Assembly (NCBI GenBank): GCA_046051425.1
Contig: JBJOOF010000043.1
Coordinates: 829-64,828 of the forward strand
Length of the DNA stretch: 64,000 nt
DNA from: Bacteroidota bacterium
GTDB lineage: Bacteria; Bacteroidota; Bacteroidia; Cytophagales; Cyclobacteriaceae
Direction: 5' to 3'
Part shown: one piece after another, positions 35,662 to 45,145 of the stretch
Numbering within the stretch: the stretch's first letter is position 1
How the letters are laid out: each line of letters opens with the position of its first letter
Notes under the pieces: model-generated
Databases searched by the model: none
Seen by the model: only the letters and a program-made list of their open reading frames with translations
What the model was told of the DNA's origin: nothing
Position numbers and translations under genes: made by a program

Positions 35662-37428
35662 TTATTTGATGACCAAATCTTGCGGCATCCGTACCTGCAC
35701 GCCCTGGTAGTTTTTGAGTTTCTGAATTTTTTGGTAGAGCGGGTACTGCTCTCCCAATTGGGACTGAAGGATGCGGACTTGTACCTGATCGGAAAAGTTG
35801 AGCATCAATTCTTCGAACCAAGGCTTTTTCTCTGGGTAGTACACCACTCGGTAATCTTCTCCAGCTTTGATCTTTGCAGCGGCAATGCCAATTGCGGTAT
35901 CCAAGCCACCCAAGACATCCACCAATCCACGAGCTTTGGCTTGGGTTCCGGTCCAAACTCTTCCAGATGCAACCTTCCGAACAGAATCTGGGTGCATGCC
36001 TCGACCTTCTGCTACTCGAGAAATGAAGGTCTCGTAGCCATCTTCAACGCTGGATTGGATGATGGTTCGTTCTACCTCAGTCAAAGGTCTAGCCATATTT
36101 CCAAAATCCGATAATTCTCCTGTGGAGACCACATCCGTAGTCACACCCAACTTGTCGTTGACGAGCTCTTGAACATTGAATAGGATACCAAAAATACCGA
36201 TGGAACCCGTGATGGTGTTGGGCTGTGCCACAATGGTGTCAGCTGGTGCAGCAATGTAATACCCTCCTGAGGCAGCTACTTCACCCATGGATACAATCAC
36301 AGGTTTGACCTTTTTGGCCTCTGACATTTCTCTCCAAATCACATCCGATGCAAGGATTGATCCTCCTGGAGAGTTCACACGTAAGACGATAGCTTTGATG
36401 TTCTCATCTTTCCTTGCCTTACGGATTTCTTTGGCAAACTTCTCGGAGCTGATGGCGCCTTCCGCATTTCCATCCACAATCTCACCCTCTGCAAGGATTA
36501 CTGCGATTCGATTTGCGGAAGTGATGTTCTTACTTTTAGCTTGACCTCCTAGTTCGGTGGCGTTGATGGTGGAGATTTGGTCTTCCTCCTTCAATCCTAG
36601 TTTTTCTTTAAGAATGCTGTGCACTTCATCTTCGTATTTGAGGGCCGTAGCAAGTTTGTAGGTCACTGCATCTTTTGGCTTTCGAACCAGCATCTGATGG
36701 TTGATCTTGATGAGGCTGTCTTTGGCGATTTTTCGTGATTCGGCAATTAACTCAATGGCATGACGGTTGATGTCATCTAAAAAGTATTGCGTTTGCAGAC
36801 GATTTTCCGGGCTCATTTTATCCAAAATGAAGGGTTCCACTGCACTTTTGAATTCACCTACACGGAATACTTCTGGCTTGATCCCAACTTTTTCAAAAAA
36901 ACCTTTGAGAAAAATTCCTTCAGAAGAGAAGCCATTGAAGTCAATACCTCCAAGTGGATTTAAGTAAATCTCATCTGCCACAGAGGCTAAAAAATACCCC
37001 CCTTCTGAATAGGCTTCATCGTAGGCGACGATAAACTTACCAGATTCTTTGAAGTCCTGTAAGGCTTCGCGAAGGTCAAGCAATCCAGCTTGTCCGGCGC
37101 CAAAAAGACCTGCGTTCAAGTAGATTCCTTTGATGTTCTCATTGGTTTTGGCCTCCTCAATAGCTTTCTTCAAGTTGACCAAACCTGCAGTATTATCTCC
37201 TCCAAATGGATCTAGGAAGGAGCCAAATACCAAATCTTCCTCAGAGGTACGTTCCACTAAGGTGCGTCCATTCAAATCCAAGTGAAGGATGGAATTTTTT
37301 TCCAAGGTTACTTCCTCCTCAGAGGATGCCGCTACCATTCCTAAAAGTCCAAAAACAATCAATACCGCGACAATGCTAAAAGCGAATAGGCCGACGATAA
37401 CAGCCAAAACATTACCTAGAAACTTCAT
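35662..37428 (-). CDS. sppA: Signal peptide peptidase SppA (protease IV, 67K type)
   Basis: YFLASVAD, GEFKSAVEPF, LRVNSPGGS, SMGEVAASGGYY, TITGSIG, GRVWTG. Confidence 0.95.
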   Translation of the reverse strand: MKFLGNVLAVIVGLFAFSIVAVLIVFGLLGMVAASSEEEVTLEKNSILHLDLNGRTLVERTSEEDLVFGSFLDPFGGDNTAGLVNLKKAIEEAKTNENIKGIYLNAGLFGAGQAGLLDLREALQDFKESGKFIVAYDEAYSEGGYFLASVADEIYLNPLGGIDFNGFSSEGIFLKGFFEKVGIKPEVFRVGEFKSAVEPFILDKMSPENRLQTQYFLDDINRHAIELIAESRKIAKDSLIKINHQMLVRKPKDAVTYKLATALKYEDEVHSILKEKLGLKEEDQISTINATELGGQAKSKNITSANRIAVILAEGEIVDGNAEGAISSEKFAKEIRKARKDENIKAIVLRVNSPGGSILASDVIWREMSEAKKVKPVIVSMGEVAASGGYYIAAPADTIVAQPNTITGSIGIFGILFNVQELVNDKLGVTTDVVSTGELSDFGNMARPLTEVERTIIQSSVEDGYETFISRVAEGRGMHPDSVRKVASGRVWTGTQAKARGLVDVLGGLDTAIGIAAAKIKAGEDYRVVYYPEKKPWFEELMLNFSDQVQVRILQSQLGEQYPLYQKIQKLKNYQGVQVRMPQDLVIK

Positions 37429-37497
37429 AGTAGTTTAATTTAGACTGTAAATTTAGCCTAATTTGGGCCAGCTTTACAACAAATATCCAAACGAGAA

Positions 37498-37992
37498 ATG
37501 GAAACAAAGGTTGTCCTTGGAATAGGAGGGAATAAAGGTGATCGTGGAAGCTACCTGTCCAAGGCTAGAGAGGCCTTGTCAGAGCAGTTTACCCTTATTT
37601 CTTGTTCTCAAGTCTACGAATCGGAGGCTTGGGGAGGGGTGGCCACAAATGGAAACTTTCTAAATCAAGTGCTCCTCATCCAAACTAGCTTGGAGCCATT
37701 GGACCTGTTGCAAGTCACCCAATCTATCGAACTTGAACTGGGAAGGACGCGGGAGCAGCATTGGGGGGATCGGACCATCGATATTGATATTCTTTATTTT
37801 GGAGAACTGGTAAGTCAGGATCCTCAACTCCTACTTCCACATCCCTACATTTCAGAACGCAAGTTTGTACTTGAACCCATGGCGGAAATTCTTCCCTCAA
37901 AAAAACACCCCATCTCCGGAATGACTTCGGTGGAACTTTTGGCAGCGTGTACAGATTTGGGTCGAGTTTCTGTTTGGAAACAGAAAGAATAA
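37498..37992 (+). CDS. folK: 2-amino-4-hydroxy-6-hydroxymethyldihydropteridine diphosphokinase
   Basis: LGIGGNKG, FLNQV, IELELGR...WGDRTIDIDIL, LPHP..SERKFVL. Confidence 0.94.
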   Translation: METKVVLGIGGNKGDRGSYLSKAREALSEQFTLISCSQVYESEAWGGVATNGNFLNQVLLIQTSLEPLDLLQVTQSIELELGRTREQHWGDRTIDIDILYFGELVSQDPQLLLPHPYISERKFVLEPMAEILPSKKHPISGMTSVELLAACTDLGRVSVWKQKE

Positions 37993-38018
37993 AAAATCCC
38001 ACCTGCTAAAGGTGGGAT
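37991..38018 (-). terminator. Rho-independent terminator (fabD side)
   Basis: AAAAA-ATCCCACCT-GCTAA-AGGTGGGAT. Confidence 0.7.
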
Positions 38019-38025
38019 GTTGTAC

Positions 38026-38901
38026 TTATAGACCTGATACGATGGCTTCGGGATGGATTTTTTTGACCAAGCCTTGGAGCACTTTTCCAGGCCCGCATTC
38101 CACAAATTCTGTTGCACCATCGGCTACCATCTGTTGCACGGATTGGGTCCATTTTACAGGAGCAGTCAGTTGAGCGATTAGGTTGGCTTTGATGGCCGCC
38201 ACATCCGTTACTGCCGTCGTACTCACGTTTTGGTAAATTGGGCAGATCGGGGTGTGAAACTGAGTTTCTTCGATGGCTTTTTGAAGTTTCTCCCGAGCCG
38301 GCTCCATCAATGGAGAGTGGAAGGCACCTCCTACGGGTAGGGGTAAGGCTCTTTTTGCTCCTGCAGCTTTAAGAAGTTCACAGGCAATTTCAATGCCTTT
38401 GGTAGATCCAGAGATCACCAATTGGCCTGGACAGTTGTAGTTGGCGGCCACCACTATTTCTCCAGAGATTCCTGCACAGATTTCTTCAACCACCTGGTCT
38501 TCCAAGCCTAGGATAGCTGCCATGGAGGAAGGGTTGATTTCACAGGCTTCCTGCATGGCTAGAGCGCGTTGGAATACCAAGGCTAGTCCATCCTCAAAGC
38601 TCAAGACTCCGTTGGCCACAAGGGCAGAAAATTCACCTAAGGAATGACCTGCAACCATGTCAGGAGAAAAATCAGGTGTAGTTTTTGCCAAAATTACTGA
38701 GTGTAAAAAGATGGCAGGCTGCGTTACTTTGGTTTGCTTGAGTTCTTCTTCAGTTCCTTCAAATAGAATATCTGTGATTCGGAAACCTAGGATCTCATTT
38801 GCTTTTTCAAACAAGGCCTTAGCCTTTGGATTTTCTTCGTAGAGGGACTTGCCCATACCTGGAAATTGGGCTCCCTGGCCCGGAAATACAATCGCTTTCA
38901 T
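38026..38901 (-). CDS. fabD: ACP S-malonyltransferase
   Basis: FPGQGAQ, TQPAI, AGHSLGE, ANYNCPGQ, GAFHSPLM, GPGKVL. Confidence 0.97.
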   Translation of the reverse strand: MKAIVFPGQGAQFPGMGKSLYEENPKAKALFEKANEILGFRITDILFEGTEEELKQTKVTQPAIFLHSVILAKTTPDFSPDMVAGHSLGEFSALVANGVLSFEDGLALVFQRALAMQEACEINPSSMAAILGLEDQVVEEICAGISGEIVVAANYNCPGQLVISGSTKGIEIACELLKAAGAKRALPLPVGGAFHSPLMEPAREKLQKAIEETQFHTPICPIYQNVSTTAVTDVAAIKANLIAQLTAPVKWTQSVQQMVADGATEFVECGPGKVLQGLVKKIHPEAIVSGL

Positions 38902-38964
38902 ATAGGTTGATGCTGATTTTGAAGCCCCAAATATAGGATTTTTTGGTAGCCAAAGGATAGTTCC

Positions 38965-39891
38965 TTACAAGCTATCTAGGGTGGGAAAGTGAGTGGAAAG
39001 TGCCTTTTTTCGATTCTCGGAAAGCCATCGGATAAAAGCTTTGACTGCAGGAGAGTGCTTTTTTTGCTTCAACCAGATCAGGTTCCAATCTGCTTTTATT
39101 GGAAGGCCTGGCAGTTCCAAAAGGGCAATTCGCCCTTCTTTTAATTCTTGGGCCATGGAAAAATTGGAGAGTAAAGAGGCGCCCAAGCCTGCCATGACTG
39201 CCTGTTTTACCGCTTCATTGGTGGCAAGCTCCAGCTTACTTCCTACATGGATATCACGTTCTTGAAAAAAGTTTTCCATTGTGGTTCGAGTTCCTGACCC
39301 TTTTTCACGAAGAACGAAGGGTACCATTTCCCATTTTCCCTCTTCAATGGCTGCAGAATAGCTTGCCTTTTTTTCAGGGGAACAAGCCAAGTACCATTTG
39401 TTTTCTGCCAATTGAATGCTTTCCAAATCCAAGTCATCGGGCCATAGTGACACCAAAGCCAAGTCTGTAGAGTTTTCCTGTAGGTGGGTTAGCACCTTGT
39501 ATCGATTGGAAACTTCTAGGCTTATTTCCACGTGGGGGTGGATTTTCATAAAATCAGCCATCAAGTAGGGGATGATGTATTTTCCTGTGGAAACAGCTGA
39601 AATTCGAATCTTCCCGCCAAGAAGGCCTTTGAGCTCCAGCATTTTTTCTTCGATCTGCCCCAACTCTCCAAAAATTCGGTCTGCGGTATCCACCAACTCT
39701 TGGCCAAACTCGGTGATGTGAATTCGCTTCCCAATGATTTCGGTCAGGGGCACTTCAAATTGTTCCTGTAAGTTTTTCAATTGGATGGAGACCGCGGGTT
39801 GGGTCATGCTCATTGCCTCAGCTGCTTTGGTGATGCTTTGAAATTTGGCAATAGCTTGAAAAGCCTTCAATTGGTGTAGGGTGATATTCAT
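38965..39891 (-). CDS. LysR family regulator, CbbR/CmpR-like
   Basis: MNITLHQLKAF...SITKAAE..MTQPAVSIQ; STGKYIIP, REKGSGTR, TNEAVKQAVMAGLG. Confidence 0.9.
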   Translation of the reverse strand: MNITLHQLKAFQAIAKFQSITKAAEAMSMTQPAVSIQLKNLQEQFEVPLTEIIGKRIHITEFGQELVDTADRIFGELGQIEEKMLELKGLLGGKIRISAVSTGKYIIPYLMADFMKIHPHVEISLEVSNRYKVLTHLQENSTDLALVSLWPDDLDLESIQLAENKWYLACSPEKKASYSAAIEEGKWEMVPFVLREKGSGTRTTMENFFQERDIHVGSKLELATNEAVKQAVMAGLGASLLSNFSMAQELKEGRIALLELPGLPIKADWNLIWLKQKKHSPAVKAFIRWLSENRKKALSTHFPTLDSL

Positions 39892-39935
39892 AAAGTAAAT
39901 TAATTTAAAAAGCATAACGAATAAAAAAAAATTAT
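39890..39935. promoter_or_regulatory. Putative LysR T-N11-A boxes in the divergent promoter
   Basis: ATAA-N7-TTAT at 39921-39935 and ATAA-N7-TAAT at 39890-39904; the region is very AT-rich. Confidence 0.5.
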
Positions 39936-39977
39936 GTTTTATTTTTTTTGGCAAGCAGCAAGGGTGATATTTGTGCC

Positions 39978-40937
39978 ATGGATTTTCAAATTCTTCTGAA
40001 TAACCTTACCAACCCAAGTTTGCTCTTTTTTGTACTTGGGATCTTGGCAGTTAAGTTGAAAAGTGATTTAGAGATTCCTGCCACTAGCGCCAAGTTCATT
40101 GCGCTTTACTTGATGATCTCCATCGGCTTTAAGGGAGGACAGGAGCTGTCCCATAGTGCCTTCAGTGATACCATTCTTTGGTCGCTAGTTTTTGGAGTTT
40201 TTCTCTCTGCTTCCATTCCTTTCTACACCTTTTTTCTTTTAAAGCGGAAACTGGGCGTTCCCAATGCCGCTGCCATCGCTGCGGCCTATGGATCAATTTC
40301 AGCAGTAACCTTTGTAGCGGCAGCTGCTTTTTTGGAAGCTCAAGGTGTGTCTTTTGGCGGATACATGGTCGCCGTCATGGCCTTAATGGAAGCACCTGCG
40401 ATTATTTCAGGAATGATCTTGCTGCGCAAATTTACACCCACGAAGACCGAAGGGGGACTGAAGCAAATCGTCATTCACGCCTTGACCAACGGTTCGGTGC
40501 TTTTGATTTTGGGAAGTCTGGTGATTGGCTTGATTGCCGATGAAAAGCAAGCAGAAGGAATTAAGCCCTTTGTAACGGATATTTTCAAAGGGTTTTTGGC
40601 GGTTTTCTTGTTGGATATGGGAATTACGAGTGGAAGAAAGTTGAAAGCGTTTTTCAAGACGGGCTATTTTTCTTCCCTGTTTGCGATTCTGGTACCACTA
40701 GTCAATGGGGTGGTCGTCGCTTATGTCAGCCAATGGATCAGTCCCGAAGTTGGGGATCGATTAATTTTTGCTATTCTGGCTGCTTCTGCTTCCTACATTG
40801 CCGTACCTGCAGCGATGAAATTATCCAATCCTGAGGCTGACGAGGGGCTTTATGTTCCCATGGCCTTAGCAGTTACTTTTCCTTTCAACTTGACCCTGGG
40901 GATGCCCATCTATTGGATGATAATCCAGTCTGCCTAA
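39978..40937 (+). CDS. Sodium-dependent bicarbonate transporter family (SbtA/DUF897)
   Basis: KSDLEIP, IGFKGG, AAYGSISAVTF, MEAPAI, FLLDMG, ASASYIAVPAA, TFPFN. Confidence 0.9.
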   Translation: MDFQILLNNLTNPSLLFFVLGILAVKLKSDLEIPATSAKFIALYLMISIGFKGGQELSHSAFSDTILWSLVFGVFLSASIPFYTFFLLKRKLGVPNAAAIAAAYGSISAVTFVAAAAFLEAQGVSFGGYMVAVMALMEAPAIISGMILLRKFTPTKTEGGLKQIVIHALTNGSVLLILGSLVIGLIADEKQAEGIKPFVTDIFKGFLAVFLLDMGITSGRKLKAFFKTGYFSSLFAILVPLVNGVVVAYVSQWISPEVGDRLIFAILAASASYIAVPAAMKLSNPEADEGLYVPMALAVTFPFNLTLGMPIYWMIIQSA

Positions 40938-41350
40938 AGTGGATGATTTAGGGATAAAAATCGTGCTTTTTCCGAAGGAGTAGGCATTCTGCAGGTTTCT
41001 CTTCTGCCAAACCAGGCATAGCGATTGGCTCCAATCCATTGGTAGATGGTGTCCCGAATGCCTTTTGGAAGAATAATCAAGGGATAAAGCAGCGGCCAGC
41101 CTCTGCGCAACTTCCGTGCTACCCGTAGGGCTGCGGTACTCCCAAGGTAGACCTTTCCTTTTTCCACCAAAATTAGGCTGTCCAAGTAAGTGGACGGGTA
41201 GTCGAAGTGCTTCAGTACGCGCTGCCCCGCAGGACTTTGCATGGCTGCAAATCGTATTCTTTTCTTGGTATCCCGCTTCAAAACAAAATCTACTGAAGCA
41301 TTGCAGAGACTACAGTGTCCATCAAAAAGCAGGATGGAAGGAAATTCCAT
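40934..41350 (-). CDS. DCC1-like thiol-disulfide oxidoreductase (DUF393)
   Basis: LFDGHCSLCN, FAAMQS, NRYAWFG...C. Confidence 0.9.
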   Translation of the reverse strand: MEFPSILLFDGHCSLCNASVDFVLKRDTKKRIRFAAMQSPAGQRVLKHFDYPSTYLDSLILVEKGKVYLGSTAALRVARKLRRGWPLLYPLIILPKGIRDTIYQWIGANRYAWFGRRETCRMPTPSEKARFLSLNHPL

Positions 41351-44130
41351 CAGCGGATGAGTTGAATGGTCCCTTTCAAGGTTTGCTGTTTTTTGCTTGG
41401 ATCGACCACATCGAAATACACCGTCCCCGAATAGTAGTAGGTGCCTGCTGGAAGTTCATTTCCACTTTTGTCTTTTCCGTCCCATCGGATAAATGGATCA
41501 TTTTCCTCAGCACTTTGGCTTGCATAGCGGAATACTTCGGTTCCCCAGCGATTCACGATGAATAGTTCTACCTGGCTAACAAATCTTGGGCATTTTGAAA
41601 AAGGATTGTCAAAGGCCATGAAGGTATCGTTAAGTCCATCGCTGTTGGGAGAAAATGCATTTGGAAGGAGGTAATTGGGGCAGTTGTCCACGCACACGAC
41701 ATTACTCTTTGGACTTTCATTGCCAGAGCGATCTACGGCAGTCAGGTAATAGCAGCCCTTGTAATTGGGTAGGTTTTGAAGTGTGGTACGGAGTTGTTGT
41801 GCGGTAAATTGTCCTATTCGGGTAAAGGTTCCGTCTGGAGTTCCTTCTGGATTGAAATACAATCGATATCCGCTCAGCTCGTCATCGCAGTTGCCACTGA
41901 AATTGGGCTTCCAGCTTAATTCATGTACGTAGGTAATGGTGCCGCAGGCTTCTTCTGAGACATATTCCGTGCAATTTGGTCCGTCAAAGGTCAATACTGG
42001 GGCACATGGGAGGCGATTGTCATCGGGCTTTGCACAGATGATTTGGGAGCGATTTTCTAGGGGATACACCAGGCCCGCTACATTGTAGGAACCTTTGGTA
42101 ATGACATAGTAGCAATACTCCAGGTCCTTCTTCAATTTGACCCCATTGAAACTTCCATCATCGAGGTAAAGAAATCCTTTCTGAGTTACATCTGCATCGG
42201 CAATTTTAACAAAATTGGCCGCGTCCGATGCTGCAGCATCGGTTCGATTGCGGTAGACCTCATGCTTGTATTGGGCGATGGAATTGTTCCATGGAACGTT
42301 AAAGGCCCATTTCAATTCGATGGCTTCGTTGATAATTGTAGGTTCAAGTCGAACAGACGAAGCCTTTGAGGAGGTGTCTACCTTGGTGGTTCCATCCCAT
42401 AGTACCACTTTGTAATTGTACACCAGATTTTTGGTATTCAACTTTTTATCCGTGAATAAGGTATCTGCCGTTTTCCCAAGAGAAATTCGGTTTTGGGATC
42501 CAGTGAATCCTTCACTTCGGATCAATTCGTAGGAATAAGGGCCCGGGAATTGGGTTTTGTCCAGATCGTAGGGAGGAGTCCATTTGACAAAAATTTCTCC
42601 ATTTTGATCATCTGTAGCGGTGATGCTCACATTGGTCAATAGGGGTACATCCACATCAATGGTGATACAAATTTCTTCGGATACAATGCTTTCTCCGAGT
42701 CTAGGCGTAGGGAATGCCGCAACGAGTCTGTAGCAATAAGTATTGCCTGGGGCCAATCCCACACCACCATTGGTGTCCGTGAAGGAAAATGTGGTCATGT
42801 TGGTAGTGCCGACCAATTCATAGCCTGCTCGGATCCCTGTTTCACAAGAGTCCGGCTCGTAAGGATCCGAATTGATTCTTCTCCAAACCTGCATTTCTTG
42901 TGCAGAATTTGCGCAGGCATAGGGGTCCCAACTTACTTTCACAGTTCTCCCCGGAAGTTGCTCTAATTCATCCCAAATAGGTGGGGGGCCAATGACTTTA
43001 ATTTTCCAAGTCTGAATATCCACCAATTTAGGTCCAGTGAGTGGTTTGTCGGTGATGCGTACACGTACCTCATACTCCCTTTCCCGCACATGATTGCAGA
43101 TCGTTTGCCAATCAAAATTTACAATTCCTGGCTGAACCTGAAACTCGTTTTCTGGTTTGTAGGTGGCTGGAGAAGTATTGATTTCCATGGGCTCCCCAAA
43201 AACTTCAATTTTGATGGGGTCTCCATTCGGGTCTTCTCCTTGGATGATTTCTTTAATTCGTGTCCCTGCCACCACGCAAAGATCAGGGGGAAGGATCAGC
43301 TTTGGCCGTTTGTTGTTGGAGTTTTCGATGATGATCTGCATGTCCCGAACCACATACCCGATTTCTACAAATTTTCCTTCGATTTTGCGCCATTCCGTGA
43401 TGCGTAAGGCCACGTTAAACTGCCCTGCTGTGCCAGGAGCATCCCATACCAAATCTCCAAAAAGCGGATCAACCCGTAAAAAGGCCGGTACCGATCCATC
43501 TTCACGTCTTTTGCTAAACTCTGCATTGGAGGGATCGCGGTAGTTATTGACTACTCTCTCAAATCCTTGCTTGGGAATTTCAAGTTTGTACGAAAGGCTA
43601 TCCCCATCGGGATCATAAGCGCCTGGATTATGGATGTACCGAATGTTGACCGCTCCATTGTCCACTGGAGGAATGGTCAGTACAGGTGAATTGTTGACTC
43701 CGATGAAAGGATCTATTGTGATTTCGGTCTCCACATAAAAGGGGGTGTCCACCGAATTGTCCATGTTGAGCGTCAGGTCGTTTCGGTTGAATTCAAGAAA
43801 TCGAATCTTGTACTTGCCTGGACCTTGAAAGGTGTGGGTGATGACAAAGGTGTTTTTCTCGATCATGTCCCCTAGATCTTCCACTAGCGAAAAATCACTT
43901 TTTGTATTGAGCTGCTCTTCCCTACCATCTCCAAAATTGATTCGTCCTGGACCAAACACCACGGAAGAGCGGGTGTCTGTATAGCCTACTACAGTGATTC
44001 GGTAGGTGAGCGTCTGCACCGAAATCCGTTCTGCGATAATTTCCCCTGCACGAATGTGGGTAGCCCATGCGTCGGTAAAGGCTGAAAAAAACGAGATGCA
44101 AAAAAGGATAAAATAAATTCTAAGCTTCAT
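41350..44130 (-). CDS. T9SS type B (gliding motility-associated CTD) cargo protein with Ig/FN3-like repeats
   Basis: Signal peptide then ATHIRAGEI; C-terminal PNAFSPNSDGLNDTF...NRWG...WDG...LPAGTYYY...KGTIQLIR; start may instead be 44139. Confidence 0.9.
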   Translation of the reverse strand: MKLRIYFILFCISFFSAFTDAWATHIRAGEIIAERISVQTLTYRITVVGYTDTRSSVVFGPGRINFGDGREEQLNTKSDFSLVEDLGDMIEKNTFVITHTFQGPGKYKIRFLEFNRNDLTLNMDNSVDTPFYVETEITIDPFIGVNNSPVLTIPPVDNGAVNIRYIHNPGAYDPDGDSLSYKLEIPKQGFERVVNNYRDPSNAEFSKRREDGSVPAFLRVDPLFGDLVWDAPGTAGQFNVALRITEWRKIEGKFVEIGYVVRDMQIIIENSNNKRPKLILPPDLCVVAGTRIKEIIQGEDPNGDPIKIEVFGEPMEINTSPATYKPENEFQVQPGIVNFDWQTICNHVREREYEVRVRITDKPLTGPKLVDIQTWKIKVIGPPPIWDELEQLPGRTVKVSWDPYACANSAQEMQVWRRINSDPYEPDSCETGIRAGYELVGTTNMTTFSFTDTNGGVGLAPGNTYCYRLVAAFPTPRLGESIVSEEICITIDVDVPLLTNVSITATDDQNGEIFVKWTPPYDLDKTQFPGPYSYELIRSEGFTGSQNRISLGKTADTLFTDKKLNTKNLVYNYKVVLWDGTTKVDTSSKASSVRLEPTIINEAIELKWAFNVPWNNSIAQYKHEVYRNRTDAAASDAANFVKIADADVTQKGFLYLDDGSFNGVKLKKDLEYCYYVITKGSYNVAGLVYPLENRSQIICAKPDDNRLPCAPVLTFDGPNCTEYVSEEACGTITYVHELSWKPNFSGNCDDELSGYRLYFNPEGTPDGTFTRIGQFTAQQLRTTLQNLPNYKGCYYLTAVDRSGNESPKSNVVCVDNCPNYLLPNAFSPNSDGLNDTFMAFDNPFSKCPRFVSQVELFIVNRWGTEVFRYASQSAEENDPFIRWDGKDKSGNELPAGTYYYSGTVYFDVVDPSKKQQTLKGTIQLIR

Positions 44131-44368
44131 ATCGGTCAAAGTGACTAATCTATTCGTTAAAACGCAAGTTGAGGTATCTTGTTGACTTGGCGAATTCCCT
44201 CAAATTAATCTATGTATACGAAGTAAATGGAAGTAAGGAGAAAAACCGTCAAAAATTAAAACAATAAAATTGAACAGACTGTTGGAGCCGAAAAAAAATT
44301 AAGTTTTACAACTAGGTCTGCTTGTCTTATTTAGAATCATTTAAAATAATAAAGTGGGTCTTGCATAC

Positions 44369-44400
44369 ATTGGATACTAGTCTTCTCAGATGTAAATTTG
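44369..44400 (+). promoter_or_regulatory. Putative Bacteroidota primary sigma promoter of sdhCAB
   Basis: TAAATTTG (44393-44400) matches TAnnTTTG; ATTG 20 bp upstream as a -33-like element. Confidence 0.5.
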
Positions 44401-44449
44401 GCCACCTGAATAGCAAAACCACTTCGTTTTAAACTAATCGTTACCATTT

Positions 44450-45139
44450 ATGACTTGGGTTACCAAAACCTTGAATAGCACCCTAGGAAGAAAATTAATT
44501 ATGGCCCTCACTGGCCTCTTCCTTATCCTGTTTTTGACAGGTCACGTGTCTGGAAATTTGCTTCTATTTAAAGGAGACGGAGGGCAGGCATTTAACATGT
44601 ATGCCAAGTTCATGACCACCAACCCAGCGGTGAAACTCTTGTCCTACCTCACCTACATTTCAGTAATTGGACACATCGTCTACTCCATCTTCTTGACGCA
44701 GCACAACAAGTCTGCAAGACCTGTATCTTATTCTACTTCCAATGGCAGCAGCAATAGCGCTTGGTCTTCACGCAACATGGGAGTTTTGGGTACAATCATC
44801 CTTATTTTCTTGGTGGTACACCTACAAGGATTTTGGGCAAAAATGCACTGGGGAGAAATTCCCATGGTGACCTACGAAGGAGAAGAATACAAAAACTTGT
44901 ACCTCATTGTCAGTGAAGCCTTCAAGCAAGTATGGCTGGTAGCCTTATACGTGGTTTCCATGATCTTTTTAGGATTTCACCTTTCCCATGGTTTTGCTTC
45001 TGCATTCCAAACCTTAGGTCTTAACCATAAAAAATACTCTCCAGCCATCAAGGCTGTGGGAATGGTCTATTGCATTTTGGTGCCTGCATTATTTGCAGCC
45101 ATGCCTCTCTACATTCACTTCACTAGCTATACTAAATAG
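44450..45139 (+). CDS. sdhC: Succinate dehydrogenase cytochrome b subunit
   Basis: GRKLIMALTG, five TM segments with heme-ligand histidines, HGFASAFQTLG. Confidence 0.94.
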   Translation: MTWVTKTLNSTLGRKLIMALTGLFLILFLTGHVSGNLLLFKGDGGQAFNMYAKFMTTNPAVKLLSYLTYISVIGHIVYSIFLTQHNKSARPVSYSTSNGSSNSAWSSRNMGVLGTIILIFLVVHLQGFWAKMHWGEIPMVTYEGEEYKNLYLIVSEAFKQVWLVALYVVSMIFLGFHLSHGFASAFQTLGLNHKKYSPAIKAVGMVYCILVPALFAAMPLYIHFTSYTK

Positions 45140-45145
45140 TCCCCT

